64,000 nucleotides of DNA from Blastocatellia bacterium (lineage in GTDB: Bacteria; Acidobacteriota; Blastocatellia; RBC074). Every line of letters starts with the position of its first letter. Positions within the stretch are counted from its first letter, which is position 1. A model generated the notes under the pieces. The model did not search any database. It saw nothing but the letters and a program-made list of their open reading frames with translations, and was not told the origin of the DNA. A program made the translations under genes and the position numbers. Where the stretch lies: assembly GCA_035714085.1 (NCBI GenBank), contig DASTMP010000173.1:6170-70169 (forward strand), read 5' to 3'. Positions 9,983 through 20,038 of the stretch are shown here, piece after piece.

Positions 9983-11590
9983 CTACAGAGAACGAAGAAA
10001 GTCCAGAATCGCCTGCTTATCGTGAACCGATAGTTCTTTGAACTCACGGATCACGCCGTTGGCCTCGGAAGCCGGGTATGCCGGCTCATGATGGCGTGGG
10101 TCCGGCGGCGATGGAGGGGAGAAATGGGCGAGGATGGCCTCAAGCAAATCCGACGTTCTTCCGTCGTGCAGAAAGAAGATACGCTGACCAACTCCCCAGA
10201 GAGGAGTAGTCCGGAACTCATCGGGACCAGCCTGGCCCTGAATGATGTTATCCGCGAGGTTCGCGCCCATGTGGTGCAGCATCAGGTCAGAAAACAATTT
10301 GACAGGCCGATCCTGCAGAACCGGACTGAGCATGACCGGCGCCGTCTGCATCTGTGGAGTATGGCACAAGGCGCATCCGATGCGCTCAAAGACAACTCGG
10401 CCTCTCTGGGCGCTCGCGCTCGGATTCGGGTCGGGCGCCGGCCCGTCAGTGAAGCGCATCAAGAGCTGGAACTGCATCCAATCGGGCAAGATGTGGAGCG
10501 GATTGTCAAACCCTTTGTTTTCGGAATCATCTTCATCCGTGCGGATGGCGTCATTCGGTTCCGGCTTCTGCGGGCCCTGGCAGCCGGGATCCTCTTCCGT
10601 GGCGGTTGGAAAAGCTTCGTTGGTAATCCCCATCTCCACGTTGTAAGCCTCACCCGCAAAAATGGTGATCGATTTGTTCTGGGCCTTCCACCCGAAGCGT
10701 GTGATGGTGCCGTCGTTGCCGCTGCGATTGGGATGGCCCTCGATGCCAAGCTCGGCGCGCGCCTCGGCGGTGGCTTCATGTCGCGCCAGAATTTCGCGGT
10801 CCTGAATAGACTCGATCAGCCCCAGCCCCAGCATCTGCAGCGGAATGCGGAAAGCCAGGTTGCCCGCTTTGAACTGCGCGTCGAAATCAGGTTGGGTAAG
10901 AGCGCAGTCGGGAATCGTTGGATCGTTCCTACTCCCGCGCACCATCCAGAGTTGATGCACACCGCCGTCTCGCGTGCCGTCGGGGTGGAACTTGAAACGC
11001 ACTTCCCGGATGGGGCCGAACTGTTCCTCGAAGGCGGGGACTACGTTCCGCCTTCCGAAGCGATGAGGAACCAGTCGGAATTGAGGATTCTCAGCCGGCT
11101 GAGGAACAGGCTCGCCCGGATTTGGAACGATGAACCCACCCGATCCACCCAGGACGGGGTGAGCATGACAGATGAAGCACTGATCAGCGTTATGCCGCGC
11201 GCCCAGTCCGTTGGAATTGGTGCGAGTTTGGGGAAACACCGGATCCAGCTCGCCGGGAACCGGAGAACCATCCGGTATGTCGGCGCATTCGTCGCAAGTG
11301 GATTCCAGCTGGCCGGCGCGCAGAATCCCTTCTTCGAAAGATGCGCTCTCGTTGTCGCTAACCCGAGCGCCCGTCTTCGGGTTCGGGCTGATCAGCGGCG
11401 GATGTGGAATTGGAATTCCTCGCTGTTGAAGTCCACCTCCCGTGTTAGCGAGCCCACCTCGCACCCCCGGGTCTCTTGGGGCGAAGGATTGAGTGGATGG
11501 GGTTAAGGATTGAGTGAACGCCCAACTGGACGAGACAAGTAGAAAACAGCCTGCGACTGTTTTTGAAATAAATCTTCGTTTCATTTTCAT
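9983..11590 (-). CDS. Di-haem oxidoreductase/putative peroxidase (DUF1111, CCP superfamily)
   Basis: It has two CxxCH motifs (CFICHAHP, CALCHTP), an RFGWKAQ motif, a C-terminal ...ILDFLRSL, a signal peptide and a GGAGG RBS. Confidence 0.7.
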   Translation of the reverse strand: MKMKRRFISKTVAGCFLLVSSSWAFTQSLTPSTQSFAPRDPGVRGGLANTGGGLQQRGIPIPHPPLISPNPKTGARVSDNESASFEEGILRAGQLESTCDECADIPDGSPVPGELDPVFPQTRTNSNGLGARHNADQCFICHAHPVLGGSGGFIVPNPGEPVPQPAENPQFRLVPHRFGRRNVVPAFEEQFGPIREVRFKFHPDGTRDGGVHQLWMVRGSRNDPTIPDCALTQPDFDAQFKAGNLAFRIPLQMLGLGLIESIQDREILARHEATAEARAELGIEGHPNRSGNDGTITRFGWKAQNKSITIFAGEAYNVEMGITNEAFPTATEEDPGCQGPQKPEPNDAIRTDEDDSENKGFDNPLHILPDWMQFQLLMRFTDGPAPDPNPSASAQRGRVVFERIGCALCHTPQMQTAPVMLSPVLQDRPVKLFSDLMLHHMGANLADNIIQGQAGPDEFRTTPLWGVGQRIFFLHDGRTSDLLEAILAHFSPPSPPDPRHHEPAYPASEANGVIREFKELSVHDKQAILDFLRSL

Positions 11591-11683
11591 AGGACCTCCA
11601 TATGAGGGAAATTCATTAGCGCCAAACCTGGAATTTGCTGGCGCCTGGCTTAGAGGAAAAATCTGCCTTCATTCATCAAGCTA

Positions 11684-12112
11684 TCAAGGAAGAAACCAGA
11701 TATTTGTTGGATGAACTTCGAGAAATGACGCGTCGTGATCAAGTAGCACGGGGCCTTCGAAAGCGATTTTCTGCCCCTTCTTGACGCCGTTGTGGCTTTC
11801 ACATATGGCATGCGCATGACGGCCAGGTCGAATCTCAAGCCGAATAAATAGGCCGGGCCCATGGCGGACCAGCTTCAGAATGCGAAAGAAGATGATCTCG
11901 ACATCGGCAGTCCAGAAGCCGTCCGTTGAGTGTTGCGCATCACGCACAAGGATACCCCTTCCGTCGGCGGCATAACCGGTCTCATCCCAGCCTTCGATGC
12001 CGAAGAACTCCTTGAAGACAGGGGTTGCAAACCACGCCACAGCTTCATCGAAGCCGCTAAGCGGCGGTTGAGGCTTTGTATCGAGATGGTCCAAAATCCA
12101 AAAAGCATCCAT
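11684..12112 (-). CDS. Hypothetical protein
   Basis: It has an ATG start and protein-like composition and lies in a lower-GC stretch. No family was recognised. Confidence 0.35.
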   Translation of the reverse strand: MDAFWILDHLDTKPQPPLSGFDEAVAWFATPVFKEFFGIEGWDETGYAADGRGILVRDAQHSTDGFWTADVEIIFFRILKLVRHGPGLFIRLEIRPGRHAHAICESHNGVKKGQKIAFEGPVLLDHDASFLEVHPTNIWFLP

Positions 12113-12196
12113 AAGTTCTGCCCCTTCGCTCGATCAACTCGGCGCTCTTCAGCTGGCAGGCGCAAGCGGAAGAATTGGTCGTGATGTCCGTTGCCT

Positions 12197-12658
12197 CTAC
12201 GCAGCTCTGGGCCGGTGAAAGTAGTACATGCTTAGGGGTTGATATGGCGCATACAAATTGGCGTTGCCCCAACAGAATTTGAAGTCATCCATCCCGTCGG
12301 ACAGACCCTGCATGTCCCAGGCAATCATCCCGGGACTAAACGAGCTCGCAGGAATTTTGCCGAATTTGTGGGCGAGTTCGATACTTGAATATTTCTCAAT
12401 GAGCTTCAATATTCCATCGTATGCGAGCACAAGGTTGGCGTCGATCTCCCATCCGAGGATGTAATACATGCTGGTTATATATCTGCAGTGCAGATAATGG
12501 CTTGCCACTGCTAGGGCGGTGTCACTGTTACCGTCGTCACGCAGACGATATAGGTAAACCACGGCGTTTGAAATGACATCGCTTGCCGAGTAGCCGCCGT
12601 TGTATTTGTCCAACGCCTTTTGGGCCCAGTCATGGACATCGATATGTTTGAATGACAT
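12197..12658 (-). CDS. Hypothetical protein
   Basis: The ORF-track start 12727 is GTG. ATG 12658 (MSFKHIDVHDW) has an AGGAAAGG RBS. It lies in a lower-GC stretch and no family was recognised. Confidence 0.4.
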   Translation of the reverse strand: MSFKHIDVHDWAQKALDKYNGGYSASDVISNAVVYLYRLRDDGNSDTALAVASHYLHCRYITSMYYILGWEIDANLVLAYDGILKLIEKYSSIELAHKFGKIPASSFSPGMIAWDMQGLSDGMDDFKFCWGNANLYAPYQPLSMYYFHRPRAA

Positions 12659-12779
12659 GATCTTACCTTTCCTGCGGTGAATTGCCGCATTTGCGTTACT
12701 AAACTCGCAGTTAATCCGAATCGACACGTAATGGCGCCGTAAATATTCTCAGTAATCGGAGACTGCGTCTCTGATACAG

Positions 12780-14372
12780 TTACAACGTCCGCAGGAATGC
12801 GATTAACTCGGCGCGCTCCTCGGCTAATAGACGCAAACCGAATTCGTGCCCCTTGATGGCGCGGGTCTCCGCGTCAGGCGGGCTCCATCCTCCGGGTTTG
12901 TGAGTTTCTTTGAGGCGTTCAGGGTCGAACATTTCTTCCAAACTCGCCGCTGACCCGTCGTGCAGGTAATGCCCACGATACCAAACCCCTTTCAGCGAGG
13001 GGACTTTGTAATAACCTGTTCCCTTACGCGTCTTCAGCGCCAATCCGGGATCGGCGCCGACGGACATCAGCACAATGTCCAGCGTCGTCGGCGCGTCCTT
13101 CGGCGGAGTGAAACCTTCGGCGAGCGTGAGTTTGTTGTTGGTATACAAGGGCGGCGTGTGGCACATCGCGCAACCTTCGCGCGCGAAGATTTTCTCTCCC
13201 GCTTTCGCTTTCTCATCGAAAGGGTTCGGATTGGGAGGCGGCTTGAGCGAGTATATGTACAACGCGAGCGCGTAGAGCGCTTCATCCGGCAGTCTCGCCT
13301 GAACCCTCTTCGTATCGGCGTAGAGCATATGATAAGGGCCGAAATCGGTCATCTCGGCGAAACTCACCTGGGCCGCGTAGCGCATCAGATCGCCGACGCC
13401 GCGGTGGAGATGCGTCCCTGTATGGTCGAGGTACTTCCGGTCCTTGATTCCGATCAGGTCGGGGATTTTAGCCGGGTAGAGCAGGCTGCCGTTCCAGCGT
13501 GTAATCGCCCCGGCGCGCCGCTGAGCGAGAACGAACTCTTCGTAATCGGCGTCGGTGAAGTCCTTCAGCCGCTGATTGGGGTCGTCCTTCAACCAAGGGA
13601 CGCCGTATGCCTGATATAACCACATGCCGCGGGCGCCGCCCATGAAAAACGGCGGCGCTCCCGTCAGCACGCGATTGGGGGATTCGAGATAGCTCGCCAG
13701 CACGCTGCGGAATTTATACGAGCGCGTTCGGGATACCTCGGCGAGCCTGGGAGCGCCGGGGACGCGCGCGCCATCCGACCGGTTCAAAACGTGGCATGCG
13801 CCGCAAGACAAGATCGTGAGGGCCACTCCTTGCTTTGTAGGGGCCCATCGCAGCGCGTCCAGCGTGCCGTTGGGAAAAGGTGTGGCGCCTTGTTGTTCCA
13901 TAAACTCGCGACTCCGGGCCTGCGCAATCAGTTTCGGATCAAGGGTGTACAACTGGGGAGTCGCCGCTTCCTCGAAGACTCTGCGCCCCGCATCGATCCA
14001 GTCCGCCTCGGTTTTCAGTTTTTCAGGCTCAATTAGTGGCTGCGGCCCTACGCGCTGCAACATATCCCAATAGCCTTCCGGCTCGCGGCCCGGAAAGTAG
14101 ACGGGATAAGTCCGCAGGTTCTCCACTGGCATGGCGTAATATTCTTTGGCGGAAATATGTGTCGGTCGCACGTTGAGCCCAGCGACCGGCGTTACCCAAT
14201 CGCCAAGCGCGGCTTCGTCCCAGGTTTTCGGGATTGCAGGCGTAAAGCTACTTTCAGTTCGCTGCGCCTGGCTATCGAAACAAACAATGAGACCAAATTG
14301 GATAAAGACAGCCATAATGGAGAAGCGAATAATTTTTGCCCTCATAAACACCTTCTGAAATCTGTATCGCAT
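12780..14372 (-). CDS. Secreted di-haem cytochrome c (CCP/MauG-superfamily-like)
   Basis: It has two CxxCH motifs (CGACHVL, CAMCHTP), a C-terminal ...LIAFLRTL as in the CCP-like proteins, and a signal peptide. Confidence 0.65.
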   Translation of the reverse strand: MRYRFQKVFMRAKIIRFSIMAVFIQFGLIVCFDSQAQRTESSFTPAIPKTWDEAALGDWVTPVAGLNVRPTHISAKEYYAMPVENLRTYPVYFPGREPEGYWDMLQRVGPQPLIEPEKLKTEADWIDAGRRVFEEAATPQLYTLDPKLIAQARSREFMEQQGATPFPNGTLDALRWAPTKQGVALTILSCGACHVLNRSDGARVPGAPRLAEVSRTRSYKFRSVLASYLESPNRVLTGAPPFFMGGARGMWLYQAYGVPWLKDDPNQRLKDFTDADYEEFVLAQRRAGAITRWNGSLLYPAKIPDLIGIKDRKYLDHTGTHLHRGVGDLMRYAAQVSFAEMTDFGPYHMLYADTKRVQARLPDEALYALALYIYSLKPPPNPNPFDEKAKAGEKIFAREGCAMCHTPPLYTNNKLTLAEGFTPPKDAPTTLDIVLMSVGADPGLALKTRKGTGYYKVPSLKGVWYRGHYLHDGSAASLEEMFDPERLKETHKPGGWSPPDAETRAIKGHEFGLRLLAEERAELIAFLRTL

Positions 14373-14392
14373 TCAATTTCGGGCGCCGGCGT

Positions 14393-15319
14393 TTATTCGA
14401 ACCCGCTTCCCCTGCTTGCCCCACTTATTGGAGGCCCACTCACACGACGCGCCGGCGGCCGAGAAGCCCGCCGTCGCATGTGTTTGTCCAAGAAGGCGAA
14501 AACATCGGGTTCCCACGTGGACACGCGACGATAGAGGAAGGCGTGCCCGTCTTCCGCGCTTTGACCGACTGGCGGGTAGATTTTCAGGCTGTGCGACTTT
14601 CGGAGGCGACTCAGTTCGGCGTCCAGCGCCTTACCCGGCCCGAGTGAATAGTCGTTTGCGGCGTGGATGAAGAAGATCGGCGGCGCCACGCGGTCAACGG
14701 CGGCGAGGAGCCGCGCGCGCAATTGTGGCGACTTGTCCCAACTGTAGCCAGCGCACGAGAAAATGACCGCCGCCCGGATAGCGGAATCCCGCTCGGCCTC
14801 GAGCACAGTGAGCGACCCGCCGAAGGATTCCCCTACGGCTGCTATACGTCGAGCGTCGACTTCAGGCAGAGCGCGCAGAAAGGCGAGGCCGGCGAGAGAG
14901 TCGTTGATCTCCCTGTTTTCCAGCAACTGCAATTGGATTGCGTTGCGCGCATCTTGCCCATGAGCGGTAAATTCGGCGTTCATGAGGTCGACGCTATTCG
15001 CGCCCTGGTCGGCGGAGAGCCCGACGCCGCGCCGGAATAGATACAGAAAGGCGTAACCATGCCGCGCGAAGACAGGCCCGAGTGTTTCGGCCCTCCGCTC
15101 GTATGGGCCGAGCCGTTCAAGTTCCTCTCGCGTGCGGCCACTCCCGTGATTGAACAGGATTGCTGGGAATGGCCCGCGTCCGCGGGGCAGCCAGAACAGA
15201 CCGCGCAATTGAGCCGTACCGCTCTGTATCACGACGGCGCGTGGCCCGGCCACGCCATTGCTTTCAGCTTGAATGGCGACGGTTTGAATCAGAACCGCAA
15301 GAAGAAGTAGGTATTTCAT
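14393..15319 (-). CDS. Secreted alpha/beta hydrolase (dienelactone hydrolase/prolyl-oligopeptidase-like)
   Basis: It has a GESFGGS nucleophile elbow, a later HAANDY segment and a signal peptide. It ends 20 nt upstream of the cytochrome gene, suggesting an operon. Confidence 0.7.
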   Translation of the reverse strand: MKYLLLLAVLIQTVAIQAESNGVAGPRAVVIQSGTAQLRGLFWLPRGRGPFPAILFNHGSGRTREELERLGPYERRAETLGPVFARHGYAFLYLFRRGVGLSADQGANSVDLMNAEFTAHGQDARNAIQLQLLENREINDSLAGLAFLRALPEVDARRIAAVGESFGGSLTVLEAERDSAIRAAVIFSCAGYSWDKSPQLRARLLAAVDRVAPPIFFIHAANDYSLGPGKALDAELSRLRKSHSLKIYPPVGQSAEDGHAFLYRRVSTWEPDVFAFLDKHMRRRASRPPARRVSGPPISGASRGSGFE

Positions 15320-15455
15320 TGATCGTTACCATGTCGGTATGCCGCCGAGGCGCTGGTTTTCCCCTAAGTTCTCACGGGCGGATATTGAATCCGATTTGAC
15401 ACAATGTCACCGTGAATTCACTCAGTGATTTTGACGACGGATGAAACGGGGTTGG

Positions 15456-16136
15456 CTACACCAGGCGGTTGCGCAGGGCTTTGGCGACCGCTTCGCTCTT
15501 GGAATGAACTTGCAGCTTCTCGTAGATCTTCTGGAGGTGAAAGTTGATCGTGCTCGGCGTGACTTTCAATTCGGCGGCGGCGGTTTTGTAGCTATGGCCT
15601 TCGACCAGCAGTTTCAAAATGCGGATCTCGTGCGGCGTCAGGTCGTAGTCGGCGCGTTCGGGCGGCCGAATCTCTCGAAAGAGTCGAATTACCCGGCAAG
15701 CCACTTCGGGGGACATCGGCGCGCCGCCGGATACGGCTTCTCTCAGTCCTTCGAGCAAACGCGCGGGTTGCGTCTTCTTTAAGAGATATCCCGACGCTCC
15801 CGCGCATAGGGCTTCAAATATACGCTCGTCGTCGTCATAGACCGTTTGCATCAGTATCACAAGCTGCGGATATCTCTCTTTCAACAGCCGCGCGCCATCG
15901 ACACCGCTCATACCGGGCAGACCGATGTCTACCAGCGCCACATCCGGCAGATCGGCCCCGATCTTATCGAGCGCGTCTTCCATCGATCGAAAACTACCGG
16001 CGCAACGGAACCCTTCCGCTCCGCCGATCAGCGCGACCAGATAATCGCGGAACTCGCGGTGGTCTTCGATGATCGCCACCTTCAGCGTCGAACCGGGCGA
16101 CGTGGAAGTCCTGCCGATTTCAGTGTCGCAAGCCAT
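15456..16136 (-). CDS. NarL/LuxR-family response regulator
   Basis: The receiver domain shows VAIIEDH...PDVALVDIGLPGMSG. The C-terminal LuxR HTH is LTPHEIRILKLLVEGHSYKTAAAELKVTPSTINFHLQKIYEKLQV. ATG 16136 was chosen because the longer ORF-track N-terminus is encoded by a palindromic repeat. Confidence 0.85.
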   Translation of the reverse strand: MACDTEIGRTSTSPGSTLKVAIIEDHREFRDYLVALIGGAEGFRCAGSFRSMEDALDKIGADLPDVALVDIGLPGMSGVDGARLLKERYPQLVILMQTVYDDDERIFEALCAGASGYLLKKTQPARLLEGLREAVSGGAPMSPEVACRVIRLFREIRPPERADYDLTPHEIRILKLLVEGHSYKTAAAELKVTPSTINFHLQKIYEKLQVHSKSEAVAKALRNRLV

Positions 16137-16218
16137 AGTCGTTTCTGGATCGAGTGTGAGCGCCCCTTTGAGCGCAGGCAAGAATGCCTCCGCTCCCAGG
16201 GATTTTCTGAGGAGGAAG

Positions 16219-16262
16219 AAAAAAGGCAAAAATGGTAAAAAGGACGGCCTTTTGCCTTTTTT
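16219..16262. repeat. A/T-run palindrome (13-bp perfect arms aaaaaaggcaaaa / ttttgcctttttt) between the kinase and regulator genes
   Basis: 16219-16231 pairs with 16250-16262. It is flanked by imperfect GA-rich and CT-rich extensions (about 16209-16278). Confidence 0.7.
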
Positions 16263-16387
16263 GCCCTTCCTGCTTCCTCGTTGCAATCCTTTGCAATGAA
16301 ACTAGCCTTATAAATAGTGTGTCACGAAATTAGGTCCACGATATATTGGAACGCGGGACAGGTCACTATGAATATTCACAGCCCTGT

Positions 16388-19300
16388 TCATTTCAATGGC
16401 GCTTTTACGATCAGGGTCGCGCCCTGTCCGGGGCTGGAAATCAAGTTTAGCTCGGCGCCGACCTTCTCTGCGCGCTTGCGCATGCTGTAAAGACCCTGCC
16501 CCCAATCCGCGTTTGGCGTCTCAAACCCAACGCCGTTGTCGCTCATCTTCAACAAGACCATGCCGCCCTCGGTTTCAATCGTAATATCCGCTGACGCGCA
16601 GTGTGAGTGGCGAGCGATGTTGTTCACCCCTTCCTTGAAAATCAAGAAGACCTCGCGGCGCACGTCGGCGCTGACTTTTGCGCTGTGATCGAGTCCCGGC
16701 GAGTCGAATCGAAATTCTATGCCACGCGAACCCAAGGTCTCCATCGCGAAGCGTCTCATCCGTTGCGTCAGGTCGCCAAGATGATCTCTGTTAGGGTTGA
16801 TCGCCCAGACGATGTCGCTCATCGCGTCAACTGAGCGCCTCGACACGGAGGCGATCAGCGATAGCCGCTCGCTGACCTGTGGATCACTTGATGGCGTTTG
16901 CTGTCGTAACACGTCGCTGAGGCCGGCGATCAACGAAAGGTTCGCGCCGATGTCGTCGTGAAGGTCCGATGCGATGCGCGTGCGAACTCGCTCAAGCTCC
17001 ATTAAGCGCGCGACTCGATAACGGTAGAGTCTATAAAGGGTCAATGTGAGCCCGATCGCAGACAGGGCGAGAAACCACCAGCGCTCCCACAAGGGAGGAA
17101 GAATTCTGAATGTGACGTTGGCGGGATTGGAACTGACTGCGCCGTCCGAGTTGACGGCGCGCACTAAAAACCTGTAACGACCCGGGGCAAGACTGTAGTT
17201 TACGCTGCGCTGTTCGGTAGGCGGGCTCCAATCCTCGCTGGCGCCTTCGACTTTGTATTGGTAGCGAAGCAGCTCTCCCGGCGCGAAGCTCAAGCCGGTG
17301 AAATCAATTTGCAGTTGGTTCTGATCTACGGCTAGATCTGGCAGAAGGATTTCGGTTTCATCGAGCGCCGAAATAAACTGGCGTGAGCCGGCGACGCGCA
17401 GGCCGCTGATCAGAATGGATGGCGGGGCCTCGGCGGATTTGTCGGGAGCAGGCGCGAAGCGCGACAAGCCTCCGGTCGTACCAAACCAGAACACGCCGTA
17501 GGGATCGCGGAAGCAGGCTCTGAACGAACCAGGCGCCAAACCATCGGCGGTAGTGAAATGTTTGAAGTGGCCAGTCGCCGGGTCGAGCCGGTCGAGTCCG
17601 CGTCCAGTGCCTATGTATATGCGCCCTTGCAAGTCTTCGACGATGAGCCGCTCAGAGACCTCTGTGCTGTTGCTCGAAAGACCCTGCGCGGTTGTATAGC
17701 TAACGAAGTTCGGCCGCCGTTCCCCCGGATCATCAACGCGAATCAGGCCGCTTCGCGCAGAAGCGAGCCACAGTCTGCCGGCGGAGTCTACATAGATGCT
17801 CGTGATCGCGCCCGGCGGCAGGCCATCGCTCGCGGTGAACAGAGTGAAAACGCCGTCGCGGTAGCGCGCAATCTGCCCATTGAATCCAATCCAAACATTA
17901 CCAGCGTGGTCTTCACCGAACGACCGCGGCAGGCCGTCCTCAGACGGGAGGCCCGGCGTCTTCGACATGTCGCGAAGAGCCTTGCTGTCGCGCTCCCACA
18001 GCAAGAGATGTTGAGGAAAGGCGGAGGCCCAAACATTACCGTGCGAATCCCCGAACAGTCGGAAGGGATAGCCTGCGCCCAGCCCATCCTTGCCCGTGTA
18101 GACGGCAAGTGGTCGCGCTCTTTTGATTTGACCGAAATTATCCACGGCCGGAAAACGATAGAGACCGTGGGCGCCGCCTATCCACCACTCGCCGTTGGGA
18201 GTTTGCAATGTGACCCCCTCCCCAACCCAGCCTAAGTCGCTGATCGCATGAGGGGTGAACCAGGTAAAAGTCCGCCCGTCAAATCGCCCCAGACGCGTGT
18301 GGTGATAATCAGGTGTGCGTCCCAGCGGGTCCAATCGCGCGCCTTCGAAAACGCTGCTGCGCTTGTCCCCGATGACGCTGCCTCTAAAACATAGGCCTCC
18401 CGCTCGATCCCCAAAGATCGAAGTGATCGAATAGAGGCCGTCCCGTTGGCCGTAAGTAATAAATCCGCTGCGTTCGAGCTTCATCGCCCCGGCGGTATTC
18501 GTACCCAACCAGAGGTTGCCGCCAAGATCTTCGTCGAGCGCGGTGATGTTACAAAAACTCAGGCCGTTTCGTTCACCGTATGAATGAAACCATTGCCCCT
18601 GTTCGTCACGGTTCAGGAAGAACTGAAGCAAGCCTTGCGCGGTCGCAACCCAGAATTTGTAATCCGAAGTTTCAAAGAGCTGGAACACCCAGGGGGTCGG
18701 CATTCCCTCCCGAGTCGAAAAGGCCTGGACGACAATAGGAGGCCGGCGCGTGTCATCGGCGGCGAATTGGAAGAACCCACCGTACCGCGTGCCCGCCCAG
18801 AGCCGGCCATCATGGTCTTCGAACAGGTCGTGGAGGTATTCGTCCGGCAGACCGTCGCGCTTCGTGTAGCGCGCCGAGTTACCGTCGGGCCAGCGGCGAT
18901 ACAAACCGCCTGGCGCAGCAACCCATAACGAGCCGCGCTTGTCCTCTAATAAGTCATCAATGATTTGCCCCTCATCCCAATCTTGCGGGATTCCGATGTC
19001 GATCGGGCGCAACGCGAGGCGCCCTTGCGCCCGATCGAGCCGGTAAAGACCTCTGTTAGAACCGCACCAGATAGCGCCGCTGTGATCTTCAAACAGTACG
19101 GTAATTGCCCTGGCGTAACGGTCTTCAACGTCAGGCGTGATGACTGTAAACATTGGCCCGGCGCCCAAGTCATGCCCGTTTGCATAGACAACGCGGGGTT
19201 CCGGCGGCGCCTTCGGATTGAAGCGGACGAGGCCGGCGTAAGTAGCCACCCAGTATTCGCCACCGCGTGTTTCCAGAAAATCCGTCACCTCACGGTGTGG

Positions 19301-19570
19301 CAGCCCCTGATCCGTGCCGTAGTTCGTGAATGTATAACCGTCAAACCGCGACAGTCCGTCACCCGTGCAAAACCAGAGGAACCCGCGAGAGTCACGGACA
19401 ATCTTGTTGACATTATTGTGCGCCAGCCCGTCGACAGTGGTGTAGGTCTTGATGGGCAATCGCTCGGCCCGCGCCAAGCTCGACATCGTCAGCAGAGCCA
19501 GCGCCAAACAGGCTGTGCGAAATTTGGCTGCGGCTGTTTTTCGGCTTATGACATTCATATTACTCGCCAT
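16388..19570 (-). CDS. Hybrid-architecture sensor histidine kinase: two-component-regulator propeller repeats + Y_Y_Y + TM + HisKA_3 + HATPase_c
   Basis: The periplasmic region is long, with many GLxxNxV/LWxGTxxGL propeller repeats. It also has one TM (WWFLALSAIGLTLTLY), IASDLHDDIGANLS (HisKA_3 H-box) and DNGVGF/GQGL ATPase motifs. Confidence 0.85.
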   Translation of the reverse strand: MASNMNVISRKTAAAKFRTACLALALLTMSSLARAERLPIKTYTTVDGLAHNNVNKIVRDSRGFLWFCTGDGLSRFDGYTFTNYGTDQGLPHREVTDFLETRGGEYWVATYAGLVRFNPKAPPEPRVVYANGHDLGAGPMFTVITPDVEDRYARAITVLFEDHSGAIWCGSNRGLYRLDRAQGRLALRPIDIGIPQDWDEGQIIDDLLEDKRGSLWVAAPGGLYRRWPDGNSARYTKRDGLPDEYLHDLFEDHDGRLWAGTRYGGFFQFAADDTRRPPIVVQAFSTREGMPTPWVFQLFETSDYKFWVATAQGLLQFFLNRDEQGQWFHSYGERNGLSFCNITALDEDLGGNLWLGTNTAGAMKLERSGFITYGQRDGLYSITSIFGDRAGGLCFRGSVIGDKRSSVFEGARLDPLGRTPDYHHTRLGRFDGRTFTWFTPHAISDLGWVGEGVTLQTPNGEWWIGGAHGLYRFPAVDNFGQIKRARPLAVYTGKDGLGAGYPFRLFGDSHGNVWASAFPQHLLLWERDSKALRDMSKTPGLPSEDGLPRSFGEDHAGNVWIGFNGQIARYRDGVFTLFTASDGLPPGAITSIYVDSAGRLWLASARSGLIRVDDPGERRPNFVSYTTAQGLSSNSTEVSERLIVEDLQGRIYIGTGRGLDRLDPATGHFKHFTTADGLAPGSFRACFRDPYGVFWFGTTGGLSRFAPAPDKSAEAPPSILISGLRVAGSRQFISALDETEILLPDLAVDQNQLQIDFTGLSFAPGELLRYQYKVEGASEDWSPPTEQRSVNYSLAPGRYRFLVRAVNSDGAVSSNPANVTFRILPPLWERWWFLALSAIGLTLTLYRLYRYRVARLMELERVRTRIASDLHDDIGANLSLIAGLSDVLRQQTPSSDPQVSERLSLIASVSRRSVDAMSDIVWAINPNRDHLGDLTQRMRRFAMETLGSRGIEFRFDSPGLDHSAKVSADVRREVFLIFKEGVNNIARHSHCASADITIETEGGMVLLKMSDNGVGFETPNADWGQGLYSMRKRAEKVGAELNLISSPGQGATLIVKAPLK

Positions 19571-19662
19571 CCTAGTTCCGCGTGATGGTCGGCTGGGCTG
19601 TATTCGATGGCTTTTCTATGATCTCGAAATATTGGCTGACATTGCGCATCTATTGCTGATTG

Positions 19663-19947
19663 TCAGGCGGTTTCGTCCCACAAGTTGAAAGACTGATCGA
19701 TCAGATAGCGACAGTCGTCGAAAGCTCCGATCCGTTTCAGGAAATCGCGGCTGTCGCCCACCAAGCCGGCTTTGAACCTGGCGAAGAACTCAATCGTCTT
19801 CAAGCCATAATGTTGCTCAAAAGCGTTGAGTTCGGCAATAACCGCATTGAGGCTCTCCTGCATATCCAGCGGCTTGCTCATCGCGTCTCGTAGTGCGGGA
19901 AGGTGTGACGGACCGCCTTTTTTATAACTGATTTTGATTTTCGCCAT
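19663..19947 (-). CDS. Hypothetical small protein (possible toxin-antitoxin-associated helical protein)
   Basis: It starts at ATG 19947 (MAKIKISYKKGG). The segment FEQHYGLKTIEFFARFKAGLVGDSRDF resembles small proteins I recall from TA-type loci. The opposite-strand ORF 19660-19893 starts at TTG and is considered the shadow. Confidence 0.35.
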   Translation of the reverse strand: MAKIKISYKKGGPSHLPALRDAMSKPLDMQESLNAVIAELNAFEQHYGLKTIEFFARFKAGLVGDSRDFLKRIGAFDDCRYLIDQSFNLWDETA

Positions 19948-20038
19948 ACTTGCTATTTCACCGCACATGCCAGCATACCGCTTGCCAACGCTCGCGGCAA
20001 CGGAAATGGTGAGTGTGGAATCCTACGTAACGCGACTT

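Noticed and set aside
10088-11506. A 472-aa plus-strand ORF opposite the DUF1111 di-haem gene
   Set aside because: It is a shadow ORF with Arg-rich, low-complexity-like composition. The opposite strand carries CxxCH motifs, a signal peptide and a strong RBS.
16069-16299. ORFs encoding KKKGKNGKK…FLPFLPFLL (also the N-terminal extension of 15456-16286), 36198-36410 and 37251-37463
   Set aside because: The reading frames are generated by palindromic or low-complexity repeat elements. Their peptide sequences are repeat translations, not proteins.
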